DNA of 64,000 nucleotides from Candidatus Poseidoniaceae archaeon. Lineage in GTDB: Archaea; Thermoplasmatota; Poseidoniia; Poseidoniales; Poseidoniaceae. The stretch is taken from NCBI GenBank assembly GCA_030747785.1, contig JASLKC010000024.1:6235-70234 (forward strand), written 5' to 3'. The notes beneath the pieces are model-generated. The model ran no database searches. It was not told where the DNA came from and saw nothing but the letters and a program-made list of their open reading frames with translations. The translations under genes were made by a program, and so were the position numbers. The stretch's first letter is position 1, and every line of letters begins with the position of its first letter. This document shows, piece by piece, positions 1 to 10,900 of the stretch.

Positions 1-1319
1 TCGACACTAATCTCTTCAGTAGGAGTTCCTGTTACACTAGCCATTACTGCATAGCCTATGATTGGAGAACCGATATTCATTACAGGGCTGGTGAAACTAC
101 TATTGTCGGTTCCTGAAATTGAGTTAGATGTTGCAGTCCAAGTGCTGCCATTGGAGACCCAACCAGTAAAGGAGGGGTCGGTATGGAATCCATCGAAGAG
201 TTTTCCTCCGCCACTAATCTCAAAGAGGCGCGGCGAATCTCCATTTTGATTTGGAACGAAGGCGAGATGGAGTCTCAGAGAATCGTGTTTCTCCCAATCG
301 ATTCCTCCAAGATCGATTTTATGTGAATTACCTTCTACATATCCTGGAATTGCTACCCCGGTTAAACCATCGAGAATCGTCCAGTTTAGATGAGCACCCC
401 CCGGAATACTTGCATCGAGGAAAATAGGTGGGTAACGACCCTCTTCCATAGTTCCAATAGCGCCATTACCCCATCCAAATGCCGGAGTTGTGAGATTGCC
501 TATCGAAGCCCCGGCAATTTCGATATCATCGAAGAACCAGTAATCACAGCATGTCCCAGAACCCGCGGTTTGTCTTGCCCTAACTTGGAAATTAGAATGA
601 TATGCATTACTTGGTAAATTATAGGAAATCTGTGTTGAAGTACCACCTGCGGTTGAACCTTGGAATAACCGAACCGAAGTCCATGAATTTCCACTATTCC
701 TGTATTCCAAATAGAAATTCTCGTTGACATCAGGTTCTTCACCGCAACCGGCATTACCTTGTTTTACCCATGCGCCGAGAGCCATTCCTTGATGGCCAGA
801 AAGGTCGACAACTGGACTTGTTATAGTGACAGAGCCCCCTCTTGTCCAAAAGGATGCACCGCTGGTCCCATTACGGCCACATGACAGCGTTGAACGCTGA
901 CCAAACGACGAAGAGCTAGAGGACCAGCCATCAGTTCCTTTATCGAAATTCCAATCAACGCCCATGAAACCAAGTCCGAGGGAACCATCTGAGGATTCAC
1001 TCACGCCGTTCGAGATCATCCCTGGTCGAGTCCAATCGGTCCAATTGAATCCTGACCCTCTAGAATCAGCACCTGCACTGATAGTCAAATCGATTTCTTG
1101 GATCGCCTCATCGGCCGGAGATTCGAGGACAATTCCATTGGTCGTGGAGTCTGCGATGATATTTACTTGCGTCATTGCACCTGGAATGGTGTTGCGGACT
1201 ATGTCCGCATTCGCGAGGCTGTCTTCATTTGCATGGGTTAGAACCTGCGAAACAGGGCCACTGAGAAGCAGGACGAGCACAAGTACGATGGCCTGTGTCC
1301 CCTTTGTAGTTGCTGCCAT
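1..1319 (-). CDS. Secreted/surface protein with a reelin-repeat-like beta-sandwich domain; 5' part only, runs off the window
   Basis: Manual translation from ATG at 1319: MAATTKGTQAIVLVLVLLLSGPV (signal peptide-like) ... CGEEPDVNENFYLEYRNSGNSWT ... YNLPSNAYHSNFQVRARQTAGSGTCCDYWFFDDIEI. Open to base 1. Absent from the ORF track because there is no stop in the window. Confidence 0.8.
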   Translation of the reverse strand, partial: MAATTKGTQAIVLVLVLLLSGPVSQVLTHANEDSLANADIVRNTIPGAMTQVNIIADSTTNGIVLESPADEAIQEIDLTISAGADSRGSGFNWTDWTRPGMISNGVSESSDGSLGLGFMGVDWNFDKGTDGWSSSSSSFGQRSTLSCGRNGTSGASFWTRGGSVTITSPVVDLSGHQGMALGAWVKQGNAGCGEEPDVNENFYLEYRNSGNSWTSVRLFQGSTAGGTSTQISYNLPSNAYHSNFQVRARQTAGSGTCCDYWFFDDIEIAGASIGNLTTPAFGWGNGAIGTMEEGRYPPIFLDASIPGGAHLNWTILDGLTGVAIPGYVEGNSHKIDLGGIDWEKHDSLRLHLAFVPNQNGDSPRLFEISGGGKLFDGFHTDPSFTGWVSNGSTWTATSNSISGTDNSSFTSPVMNIGSPIIGYAVMASVTGTPTEEISV

Positions 1320-1405
1320 GCACTCGCTGGATATACTCGATGTAATTCAAAGGAACCCCTTCCGGCCGGATTTTTTGATTTAGTTTGCATCATATGGGCA
1401 GAGTA

Positions 1406-1420
1406 AGCCCCAAAGGGGCT
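1406..1420. promoter_or_regulatory. Triloop hairpin AGCCCC-AAA-GGGGCT upstream of ileS
   Basis: Perfect 6-bp inverted repeat directly 5' of the TTCAA element at 1424. Confidence 0.5.
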
Positions 1421-1453
1421 GGTTTCAAGTCATGTTCTCATCTGGCGGGGTTC

Positions 1454-4400
1454 ATGGTGGCACCCAAGCCAACCGATGAACTCGATTCAGTCGCTCTTGA
1501 GACTGGTCTCCTAAAGACCTGGTCCGAGGAGGAAGTTTTCGAGAATTCGGTGCAGAATAGAGCCGATGGCGAGCCATTCATTTTCCTTGAGGGACCACCT
1601 ACAGCAAATGGCAAACCGGGTATCCACCACGTTGTAGCTCGTACCTTCAAAGATCTAGTCTGTAGATGGAAAACAATGGAAGGCTATTTTGTTGAAAGAA
1701 AGGGTGGTTGGGATACCCACGGATTACCTGTTGAAATCGAAGTCCAAAAGCGATTGGATTTGATGAGTAATGAGGCGATTGAAGCCTTCGGGATGGAAGA
1801 ATTCAACAAGGAATGTCGAGATTCGGTTTGGACCTATGAGGCAGCATGGCGTGAAATGACCGAACGCATGGCCTATTGGTGTGACCTCGACGAACCATAT
1901 GTAACTCTACATGACAATTACATCGAATCCGGTTGGTGGGCTCTCAAACAGATGTTTGAGAAGGACTTACTCTATCGAGGATACAAGGTTCTGCCATATT
2001 GTCCACAAACTGGGACTTCATATTCCAGTCACGAAGTGGCTCTTGGATACAAAGAAGTCGAGGAGCCATCTGTTTACATCAAATTCAAACTCGAAGATAG
2101 TGATGCTTCAATCCTAGCTTGGACAACCACACCGTGGACTCTTCCGGGAAATGTCGGACTTGCGGTTGGCCCCGATGTCGAATACATCCGTGTTCGTGTT
2201 ACTTCCGAACCTGAAAATTGGGACGGGCATGGTGGAGCCGAAATCGGTGAAGAATTGATTCTCGCCAAGGACCTATTCAAGGAAGTAATTCGTCATCATT
2301 GTGAGGAAGTAGAAACACTACTTGGTAGCGATCTAGTTGGACGCTCGTATGAGCCACTCTTCCCGGGTGCAATCGAGCGTGGAGATTCCAAGACGGCATG
2401 GACTGTTATCGAAGCAGATTGGGTCACTACTACCGATGGAACAGGAGTTGTTCACACCGCGGTAATGTATGGTGAAGATGACTACAATCTAGGGATGGAG
2501 GTAGGGCTTCCTGCACAACATACAGTCGATATCAACGGTGCTTTCCTCAAAGGAACACACCCCGCCCTTGACGGGCGTTATGTGAAGGACTGCGATGCAA
2601 CAATAATCGAACTTCTACATGATACAGGATTACTTTATCGCGAAAAAATGTATACTCACGACTACCCACACTGTTGGAGAACCGGCCATCCTCTTCTCTA
2701 CTATGCAATGGACTCGTGGTTCGTTCGAATGACCGCTGTCAAAGACAGGCTTCTAGAATTCAATTCTCAAGTCGAATGGGCTCCTGATTGGGTAGGCGAA
2801 GGTAGATTTGGTGAATGGTTGCGTAATGTCAAGGATTGGGCAATTAGTCGAGAGAGATATTGGGGCACTCCTCTTCCTGTTTGGATTTGTACCAAATGCG
2901 AACACCAACACTGTGTCGGTTCAAGAGAGGAACTTGCAGCTATGGCAGCAGAAGGAAGCCCGGTTGCTGACGACCTCCATCGCCCATTTGTCGATGACAC
3001 AATTCTTTCATGCCCCGAATGTAATTCCGATATGAAACGCGAACCTTTCGTAATGGATTGTTGGTTTGATTCGGGGTGTGCCTCCTTTGCTCAATGGCAC
3101 CATCCATTTGGAGAGGAAGGAAAATTCGAAAATAATTTCCCGGTTGATTACATCTGTGAAGGTGTTGACCAGACCCGTGGATGGTTCTACACATTACTTG
3201 CAGTAAGCACTACTGTCTTCGATAGCATCTGTTACAAGCGCTGCCTTTCACTTGGCTTGATTCTTGATGCTGAAGGAAAGAAGATGAGCAAATCAAAGGG
3301 TAATATCGTTGACCCGTGGGACCACTTCAACCGGGAAGGTGCAGATGCAACACGCTGGTACATGGTAACTGCAGGAGCGCCTTGGAATCCACTGAAATTC
3401 GACCCCAATGGTGTAAGGGAAACTTATGGCAAGATGTTCCTAACCCTCTGGAATATCCACCGTTTCCATGCTGATTATGCAGCATTAGACGGATTTGATC
3501 CTGATACTTCACCAAAGGGTAAGGAAACTCCACTCGATAAGTGGATTCTTTCTCGTCTAAATCAGGTAATTGCTGCAACTCATGCACAATTCGAGTCCTG
3601 GGATTTCCATAAGGCATGCAGAGGAATTGAGGACTTCATTGTGAACGATGTATCAAATTGGTATGTTCGTAGGAGCCGTCGACGTCTTTGGGATGAAGCT
3701 GCGAGCGAAGATAAGTTATCTTGCCAACACACACTGCACAAGATTCTCGTAACCGTTAGTCGCCTAATAGCGCCGGTTTCACCGTTCATGGCCGATGTGA
3801 TTCACCGAAATCTCGAGGGCGAATCTGTTCACCTTGCTAACTGGCCAGAAGACGGGACTGTCGACGAGGGAATTATCGAAGCTATGGGCCTTGTTCGAGA
3901 ACTTGCCGAAACTGGACGTCGTATTCGTGTCGACAATGACCGTAGACAGCGACTGCCATGCTCAGAAGGATGGATAGTTAGTGGGCCCGACCTCTCTTCA
4001 TTCCACGATATTCTTGCCGAGGAACTCAATGTTGAAACCATATCTCTAGAGAAAGATCTTGACCGATTCCAATCCGAGGTAGTACATCCAAATCGTAGAA
4101 GTCTCGGCGCTAAATGCCGTCAAGACCTACCTGCAGTACTAGCCGGAATCGCCGATGGAGATTCGGAATCGATGCTTGCGAGTATCGAGGCGGGAAATCT
4201 GGTTATCGCTGGCTATGAAATCACGGCTGAGGACATAGAAATTCGCAGAGTTGAGAGAGTTGGATTCGCTGCTGAAACAATCCAGAGTTCGGATGGTTCT
4301 TCAGTATCCTTAGTTCTCGACATGAGCGATACTCCTGAATTGCTTTCCAAGGGACTAGCCCGAGATATTACACGACGTGTCCAAGCCGCACGCAAGGACC

Positions 4401-4594
4401 TCAACCTCGCAATTGAGGAGCAAATCAAACTCGAAGTTTGGACCAAAGATGCGCCCGAACTTTTCGAGTCTGACCTACAATGGATTATCGATGAAACAAG
4501 GGCTTCCAATGCTGAATTCCTAGTTGGTGAAGGTTCTGGTGAAAGTTTCGAAGTGGACGGTGCTACAGTGTGGTATTCGGTCTCTGCTTTGTGA
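1454..4594 (+). CDS. ileS: Isoleucine--tRNA ligase (IleRS2-type)
   Basis: EGPPTANGKPGIHH (HIGH region), GWDTHGLP, WTTTPWTLP, DWAISRERYWG, EGVDQTRGWF, KMSKS. Start moved to ATG 1454. Confidence 0.97.
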   Translation: MVAPKPTDELDSVALETGLLKTWSEEEVFENSVQNRADGEPFIFLEGPPTANGKPGIHHVVARTFKDLVCRWKTMEGYFVERKGGWDTHGLPVEIEVQKRLDLMSNEAIEAFGMEEFNKECRDSVWTYEAAWREMTERMAYWCDLDEPYVTLHDNYIESGWWALKQMFEKDLLYRGYKVLPYCPQTGTSYSSHEVALGYKEVEEPSVYIKFKLEDSDASILAWTTTPWTLPGNVGLAVGPDVEYIRVRVTSEPENWDGHGGAEIGEELILAKDLFKEVIRHHCEEVETLLGSDLVGRSYEPLFPGAIERGDSKTAWTVIEADWVTTTDGTGVVHTAVMYGEDDYNLGMEVGLPAQHTVDINGAFLKGTHPALDGRYVKDCDATIIELLHDTGLLYREKMYTHDYPHCWRTGHPLLYYAMDSWFVRMTAVKDRLLEFNSQVEWAPDWVGEGRFGEWLRNVKDWAISRERYWGTPLPVWICTKCEHQHCVGSREELAAMAAEGSPVADDLHRPFVDDTILSCPECNSDMKREPFVMDCWFDSGCASFAQWHHPFGEEGKFENNFPVDYICEGVDQTRGWFYTLLAVSTTVFDSICYKRCLSLGLILDAEGKKMSKSKGNIVDPWDHFNREGADATRWYMVTAGAPWNPLKFDPNGVRETYGKMFLTLWNIHRFHADYAALDGFDPDTSPKGKETPLDKWILSRLNQVIAATHAQFESWDFHKACRGIEDFIVNDVSNWYVRRSRRRLWDEAASEDKLSCQHTLHKILVTVSRLIAPVSPFMADVIHRNLEGESVHLANWPEDGTVDEGIIEAMGLVRELAETGRRIRVDNDRRQRLPCSEGWIVSGPDLSSFHDILAEELNVETISLEKDLDRFQSEVVHPNRRSLGAKCRQDLPAVLAGIADGDSESMLASIEAGNLVIAGYEITAEDIEIRRVERVGFAAETIQSSDGSSVSLVLDMSDTPELLSKGLARDITRRVQAARKDLNLAIEEQIKLEVWTKDAPELFESDLQWIIDETRASNAEFLVGEGSGESFEVDGATVWYSVSAL

Positions 4595-4619
4595 AAACCG
4601 AAACAGTCGGGTTGAAATC

Positions 4620-4636
4620 TGGCCACATAGTGGCCA
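4620..4636. promoter_or_regulatory. Triloop hairpin TGGCCAC-ATA-GTGGCCA
   Basis: Perfect 7-bp inverted repeat between TTGAA (4612) and the ATG at 4642. Confidence 0.55.
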
Positions 4637-4641
4637 TGCAC

Positions 4642-6051
4642 ATGCGAAGAGGACTCCTCGTCACTCTAATCGTTACCAGCACATTGCTTGCTGGATGCTT
4701 TGGAAACGGAGAGGAAATCATCTCAGAAGAAGAAGTTCGCCCGATATGGGAAGATTACTCCCTAATCGATCAGGCTGGCCACGAAGACTTGCGAGAATTC
4801 GTCACCATCGACCTTCGTACCAATCAATCAACCAACACAAGTTGGGCTGTATTCGACAAAACAAAGGGCGGAAATTGCTGTGAGCATTACCTCGCTACCA
4901 GTATCGAAGGCACCATTATGAATATCGGTGGTGAGTATCCGGTTTGGTCGAATGACCGTGGCCATGAATGGGACACATTTGTCCCAGGAATAATCCCCGC
5001 AAGCACCTGCCGAACTCCAGTTCCAACCAACCCGGGACAAGAAGGACTGGGAGAGGGGAGCATCGTTCAAGCAACCAATGGCGACATTATCTCGATGTCC
5101 TGGTTCCCTTACATCGGTGCCGATGGTAAAATCGACAAGTTCTACGCAATCATCTACGATGATGAAGCCATGGCGTGGAAGTGGTGTTACAATCGTATGA
5201 CTGAACCATTCTATGACCGGTCATGGCAAGTAGAAGTTGTTGGACCGATTTCAAGCAGTATCGGTAGTGGCGATTATGCTAGTCTCGTTGTGTCTAATTT
5301 CTGGCATCAAACACAAAACGCTGGTGGACAAATCAGTGTTGATGGACTAAATTACTACAATTTCCAATTTGCAGGACGAAGTGCAAATCCGCCAGTTGCA
5401 GAGGTTAACCTCAACTATACGGATGCAAATTTGGAGCCCTATTGGGATGTGAACAAGCCACACAAGGAAATGCGTTCGTTCGCTATACCAGAAGGCGGAC
5501 TATACTTCCCTCAGTACTTCAGTGATGGCAGTTCAGCATTCCTTGACACCAGCCTAAATTGGAATAAGCACGATGTGATGTTCCCTTCGGAATACTGCCA
5601 AATCGATTCGGCGGGGGCGATTCATTGTGTATCCCTTGCAGGAACCACTTTCACACACTACCTTTCATGGGATGGTGGACTCAACTGGAGCACTCAAAAT
5701 TACAGTGATGAGAACTGGGCGAGTATCGAAGAATGGGAATTCCAAGCAAATGGAGAACAGGACCTATTCATTCTCAATGTACGTTTCCAAGATGCTAGCG
5801 GCCCAGATGTCGATACTGTCTTCCATGTTCGAGGATATTCCGAGGACATGAGTCCAGATACTCTAACCTACATTGGTCAAGGAGACCTTGATTCGACTTC
5901 AGGTGCTGGTAATGATATCCGATTTGATTTCGCTTCTATTGCCATTCTACGGGATGGTGGAGCGATAATCGCCTTCCATGATTCTACTCACGAAGACCCA
6001 CTCTTTGCTGTTGAAGTTGAGATGCCGGTATACGGCCCAGAAGAAGAGTGA
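4642..6051 (+). CDS. Lipoprotein with Asp-box (BNR) motifs, probable beta-propeller
   Basis: MRRGLLVTLIVTSTLLAGC lipobox; Asp-box-like WSNDRGHEW and LSWDGGLNW. Confidence 0.7.
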   Translation: MRRGLLVTLIVTSTLLAGCFGNGEEIISEEEVRPIWEDYSLIDQAGHEDLREFVTIDLRTNQSTNTSWAVFDKTKGGNCCEHYLATSIEGTIMNIGGEYPVWSNDRGHEWDTFVPGIIPASTCRTPVPTNPGQEGLGEGSIVQATNGDIISMSWFPYIGADGKIDKFYAIIYDDEAMAWKWCYNRMTEPFYDRSWQVEVVGPISSSIGSGDYASLVVSNFWHQTQNAGGQISVDGLNYYNFQFAGRSANPPVAEVNLNYTDANLEPYWDVNKPHKEMRSFAIPEGGLYFPQYFSDGSSAFLDTSLNWNKHDVMFPSEYCQIDSAGAIHCVSLAGTTFTHYLSWDGGLNWSTQNYSDENWASIEEWEFQANGEQDLFILNVRFQDASGPDVDTVFHVRGYSEDMSPDTLTYIGQGDLDSTSGAGNDIRFDFASIAILRDGGAIIAFHDSTHEDPLFAVEVEMPVYGPEEE

Positions 6052-6053
6052 AA

Positions 6054-7853
6054 TCAGCACTGCCTTGCAGCTTCTTCACCATAGTCTTGCATTGGCACTT
6101 GGAATAGATCATCACATGTTCTATTCGCTAGAGGTAGGGTTAGTGTCCCCGTCTCCCAATTAATTGAGTAATCTCCTGCTGCTGCTGGACTTGGAACATA
6201 ATCCTCACCAGTCTGACTAAGGGTAAAGTGAATGCTTTCACCTGCAGCAAGGAATACATCTAGCGGTAAAAATTCAATCATTGCAGTAACCGGTGAAAAT
6301 GGTACTAAACTAGGGCTCCCATCTCTACCGCCTGCATGGAATCTCAGGTCCATTACAGCATGACCAAGATGCATTCCACTATCATCTGTCATCTCTATGA
6401 AAATGTGTCCTGAATTTGTGGTATGGGGAGCAACATCAACATGGAGAGTAGGCATTCCTGCAAGGTATGTATCCTCTGTGAATGGACCATAGGAGAATGT
6501 GATTGGGCCTCTTGCTGATCCCATTATTGCGCCTGTTGGGCTCAAGTCTACAACACTGATTGCAACATATTCTGTATCTACGGATGGCCATGTGGTCTCG
6601 AATCTCCAACCTCCACGGTTGTCTTGTATCTCGACGCCAAGAACTGGAGCTTCGCCCTCGCCCTTCAGATACCAATCGAACCAGTATAGCATCTCATCTG
6701 CCCAGTCCCAGCGTAATCCGTACGGGAATGCCTCTGCTCCACGGCCGGGGCTCTGTCCGGCATGACCCGATTCTCTATCGGGGTAATCATGAGCCCATTG
6801 ACCTGCTAATGTCTTGATCTCAATTCCTGCAGTCTCAGCGATTTGATGAGTTGGAAAAGCCATGTGTGGGTCTACATTCCAATCCTGCATGCCCTGAATA
6901 ATGTAAATTGAACCATTGTAATTCTCCACAACACGGTCAAGGAATGAGCGCTCTGTCCAGTAGTCATTACCTGCATAGTCAACCATTCCACCTGTAAGAT
7001 AAGCCGCAGGACCATTGTAGTATCCTTCCATATACCCTTCACACAAATTCTGTGAATCATCACTATCGCCATCAATACCAAAGGATCCATAGACACCATT
7101 GTGCATTATCATTCCACGTGCTTCCATGCTACCATTACGCCACATTAATTCATGAACACCAATCAGTCCACTCATTGGAACAATAGTTGCGAGATACGGA
7201 TTTCCAAAAGTTGCTGCCTGCCATGGAGTACTTCCATCGTATGATTTACCGATTATTCCGACTTTACCATTGGACCAGCCTTGTGAACCCATCCAGGTGA
7301 CCGCGGCATCGATTCCTCTCTGTTCATCCGTACCCATCAAATCCATGCAATGATTTGATTCACCTGTGCCAAAAACGCTAACCTGAGCAACGCCATAGCC
7401 GTGAGGAACATAATTCTCGATTAAGAAGCGGCCGAGTCTATCAGCTGGAGTGAGGGCGTCTACATCGCCATCGGAGTAGTATGGCCCGATTTCTGCAATT
7501 ACTGGAACCTGACATTCGGGAGTGAGTTCTTCTGCTTCCCAATCACATCCTTCGATTATTGGTAACCACAATCCCAGATGTACTTGGGCATCACCTGTCA
7601 GACCAGCCCCGCCATCGGCAGCAGTTATCGAATCGACATCAACAAAAACACTGCGCACAGCATCAATTCCAAATGAACCATTTACAGAAACGCGACTGAA
7701 AATATCAGTGTCTGCATAAATCAAATCTGCTCTTTCCCAAGGCTGGGGATAACCCGATTCTTCTTCGGGTAATGAGACTATTTCATCCTCTCCGAAACAA
7801 CCGGAAAACATGGCTGGCAACAGAATTACCAGCATAAATAGCGACTTACGCAT
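6054..7853 (-). CDS. CocE/NonD (S15, X-Pro dipeptidyl-peptidase-like) hydrolase lipoprotein
   Basis: FSGC lipobox; GTGES; nucleophile elbow GKSYDG; GMQDWNV (Asp); GQWAH (His); C-terminal jelly-roll-like region. Confidence 0.88.
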   Translation of the reverse strand: MRKSLFMLVILLPAMFSGCFGEDEIVSLPEEESGYPQPWERADLIYADTDIFSRVSVNGSFGIDAVRSVFVDVDSITAADGGAGLTGDAQVHLGLWLPIIEGCDWEAEELTPECQVPVIAEIGPYYSDGDVDALTPADRLGRFLIENYVPHGYGVAQVSVFGTGESNHCMDLMGTDEQRGIDAAVTWMGSQGWSNGKVGIIGKSYDGSTPWQAATFGNPYLATIVPMSGLIGVHELMWRNGSMEARGMIMHNGVYGSFGIDGDSDDSQNLCEGYMEGYYNGPAAYLTGGMVDYAGNDYWTERSFLDRVVENYNGSIYIIQGMQDWNVDPHMAFPTHQIAETAGIEIKTLAGQWAHDYPDRESGHAGQSPGRGAEAFPYGLRWDWADEMLYWFDWYLKGEGEAPVLGVEIQDNRGGWRFETTWPSVDTEYVAISVVDLSPTGAIMGSARGPITFSYGPFTEDTYLAGMPTLHVDVAPHTTNSGHIFIEMTDDSGMHLGHAVMDLRFHAGGRDGSPSLVPFSPVTAMIEFLPLDVFLAAGESIHFTLSQTGEDYVPSPAAAGDYSINWETGTLTLPLANRTCDDLFQVPMQDYGEEAARQC

Positions 7854-7866
7854 GCCCTACGGGCAT
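7852..7866. promoter_or_regulatory. Triloop hairpin ATGCCC-GTA-GGGCAT (minus-strand reading) overlapping the start codon
   Basis: Perfect 6-bp inverted repeat; its 3' arm contains the A and T of the CocE gene ATG. Confidence 0.55.
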
Positions 7867-7959
7867 CAGCCAATAGTATTGAGACTATCCATTAGAGGCT
7901 GTAAATTCCAAATTCGTCTAGTGGGTGGGTTCTTGTGCTGTAACCATTTGAGGGAAAAT

Positions 7960-10900
7960 ATGCGCCGAATTATTGTTGCTTTTGTTCTGATTTTTGCAAC
8001 GATTCCTGCTGGATTTGTAACTGCTGATGGAACACACGACGTTGGTTGGACCATCAATACTGAGGATTACAAAGGAGTGACAATTTCAGAAATTCTTGTT
8101 TCCCCTTCCGATGAAGCCCACGATGGAGTTGACTGGAATAGCGATGGAGTGATTGGGATACAAAGTGACCAATACATCGAATTAACCAATGATGGTAGTT
8201 CAATTGTAGACCTTTCAAATTGGACATTAGATGATGATACCAATGGTGGTAGTGCACCATGTCAAATTCTAAACATGAGTATTGCTGTAGGTGAATCTAT
8301 TACATTTTACCGAGCTACTACCAAAATCGCATTGGAATATTTCGATGCTGATTTTGCAGTATTGAAGGAGCCTGATGGTACCATTCAGAGCCAGTTCCAC
8401 TATCCCGGAGAAGATTCGGATTGGGATAAAGTGTATGCTAAGGGCAATAATGGATTGTTGATTAAAGAAGATCCCACTCCCTCTAGCGTTCAAGGCACTT
8501 GTATTGCAGGAAATGCCACCGGCGAACCCGGTGATTATTCAGATAGTGGAGAATGGACAATAAATGAGAATAATTACCTCGGAGTAATGATTTCAGAAAT
8601 ACTTGCATCAACATCTGATGCCGAGAACGGTGGCACTGACTTGGATGGTGATGGCGAACTTTATCGAAATAGTGAGCAATATATTCAATTGACTAATAAT
8701 GGTTCAAATGATGTCGATATTTCAGAATGGATTCTTGACGATAATCCAGCAGGTGGAAGTGCACCGTGCCAAATTGGTTGGGACACAACTATCGCAGTAG
8801 GTGAATCAATAGTGTTCTATCGTGCCAAAACTCACATCGAGTTTGACTATTTCGAGGAGGACTTTGCTGTATTGAAGGAGCCTAGCGGTACCGTGCAGAG
8901 TCAAATTCACTACCCCGCTGAAGATTCATTTTTTGACAAAGCATACACGGTTAATGCAAACGGCTCATTGACAAAAGAAGATCCAAGCCCTGCAAGTCGA
9001 CATGGTACTTGCTTCCCACTACCTGATAATTCAGAGGATACCTACATTTTGCAGGGCCGGGTTGTTACAATGTCTGGCGAAAATAACGTTATCGAAGATG
9101 GTAATGTAATGATAGAAGATGGGAAAATAGTTGCTGTTTGGGCTGATGATGAGATTCCTCCAATCAATACCGATGGAATCACAACCTATGATACTGAAGC
9201 CTCGATTTACCCTGGTTTAATCGATTTACACAATCATATGCATTACAATCACATTCCTCTTTGGGACTTTAATGTGCACTTGTCTGATTCTCAGAAATCT
9301 GATGAAGGCGGTTACGAAAATCGTTACCAATGGGGAAATAACTGGGACTATGGTCCAAGCATTACTTGGATGAAGAACAATGTTCAGGATTACAATCGCT
9401 GGGACATGTCTTCTGAGCAAATGAAGTACGCGGAAGTACAAGCTGTTGCTGGAGGAGTTACGGCTGTTCAAGGGTCACCCTCTAGCGGTACCGATCCATG
9501 GGATTCTATGCTATCTCGAAATGTAGAGTTATACAATTTCGGCCAAGATGGAATGTACACCTGCGCAGTATGTGGTCCAACTGAAGGTGATTACAATGCT
9601 GACTACATTATTGATAAGAATATATCCGGATCTCTAAATGCTTGGTTTGTACATCTTTCAGAAGGTGTAGATTCCAGTAGTAAATCTGAGTTTGATACCC
9701 TATACAATAAGGGATTAATCATGGATGAAACTGTAGTGATTCATGGTACTGCTCTGGACCAAAGCCAATTTGAAAAGATGGGAGATAAAGGGGCCGGGCT
9801 AGTATGGTCTCCAATCTCCAATCTACTTTTGTATGGAGATACAACTGATGTTGTCGCTGCAGATAACGCAGGTGTGACAATCTCTCTAGCACCAGATTGG
9901 GGCCCAAGTGGTTCAAAGAATAATCTTCATGAATTGAAAGTAGCTGACCTTTGGAACAAGGATGTTCTAGGCAATCATTTCAGCGACTATGAGTTAGCTG
10001 AAATGGTAACAAGTAATCCTGCTGAGATTAGTAATTGGCAAGGTTTCGTTGGTCAAATCAAACCGGGCATGTATGCTGATTTAATGGTAGTAGACTCATT
10101 CCATGAAAATCCATATCGCAATCTAATTGATGCAATTGACCCTGATATTCGTCTAACAATCGTACATGGAAAGGCTGTATTTGGGGACATAGACATCATG
10201 ACTGCAATGAACGGTGATGATTGGGAATACATCAATGGAAGTGGATTTGCCAAAGCAGTAGATGTTACCTCGCCTTCGGAAACCGAGGGAATGCAAACTT
10301 GGGTTGAGATTGAATCGGGTTTGTCCATGGCAATGCGCAATGAATTTGTGGACATTAAGGCAAACTGGAACGATGTATCGGGCATGACCGATTCAGAGAT
10401 TAATGATTGGCTCGATACAACCTTTGATGGAGATTACAAAGACAATGTTAATCATTTGAAAAATATGACATTAGACCCGATTTTTACAATACATGATGAG
10501 AGGTATTTCGACGTAATTAATCGTTCAGCCCACGCAAATTTCCACATTGACATGTCAAAACTCTACGACTACTATGACATTGCATATGATGCAAATTCGA
10601 ATCGCCCATACATCACAGATTCAGACTACTCCAACGATACAAATGTTGACCCCGGACCAGATCCAGACCCTGATCCAATGAAGGAGGGATGCATGGACTC
10701 GGATGCGACAAACTTCGACAGTCTAGCAGAGGTCGATGATGGTACATGTGTGTACCCACAGGCAGATTCTGATGGGCCGTGTGTAGGAATTTGTGGAACT
10801 GGTGATGATTCCACAGCAGGAGAAAATGGAGTTGGAACGAATACAATCTTGATTACTGTTGCATCGTTCATTCTTGCTATAATCTTCATTGGGGCATTGA

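Noticed and set aside
1361-1376. TCCGGCCGGA palindrome followed by a T-run
   Set aside because: Terminator-like but lies between divergent gene starts with no upstream transcript to end; single instance.
58-1383. Short ORFs at 58-249, 390-617, 500-754 and 964-1383
   Set aside because: All overlap the long minus-strand reading frame 1319->1, which has a signal peptide and a coherent domain.
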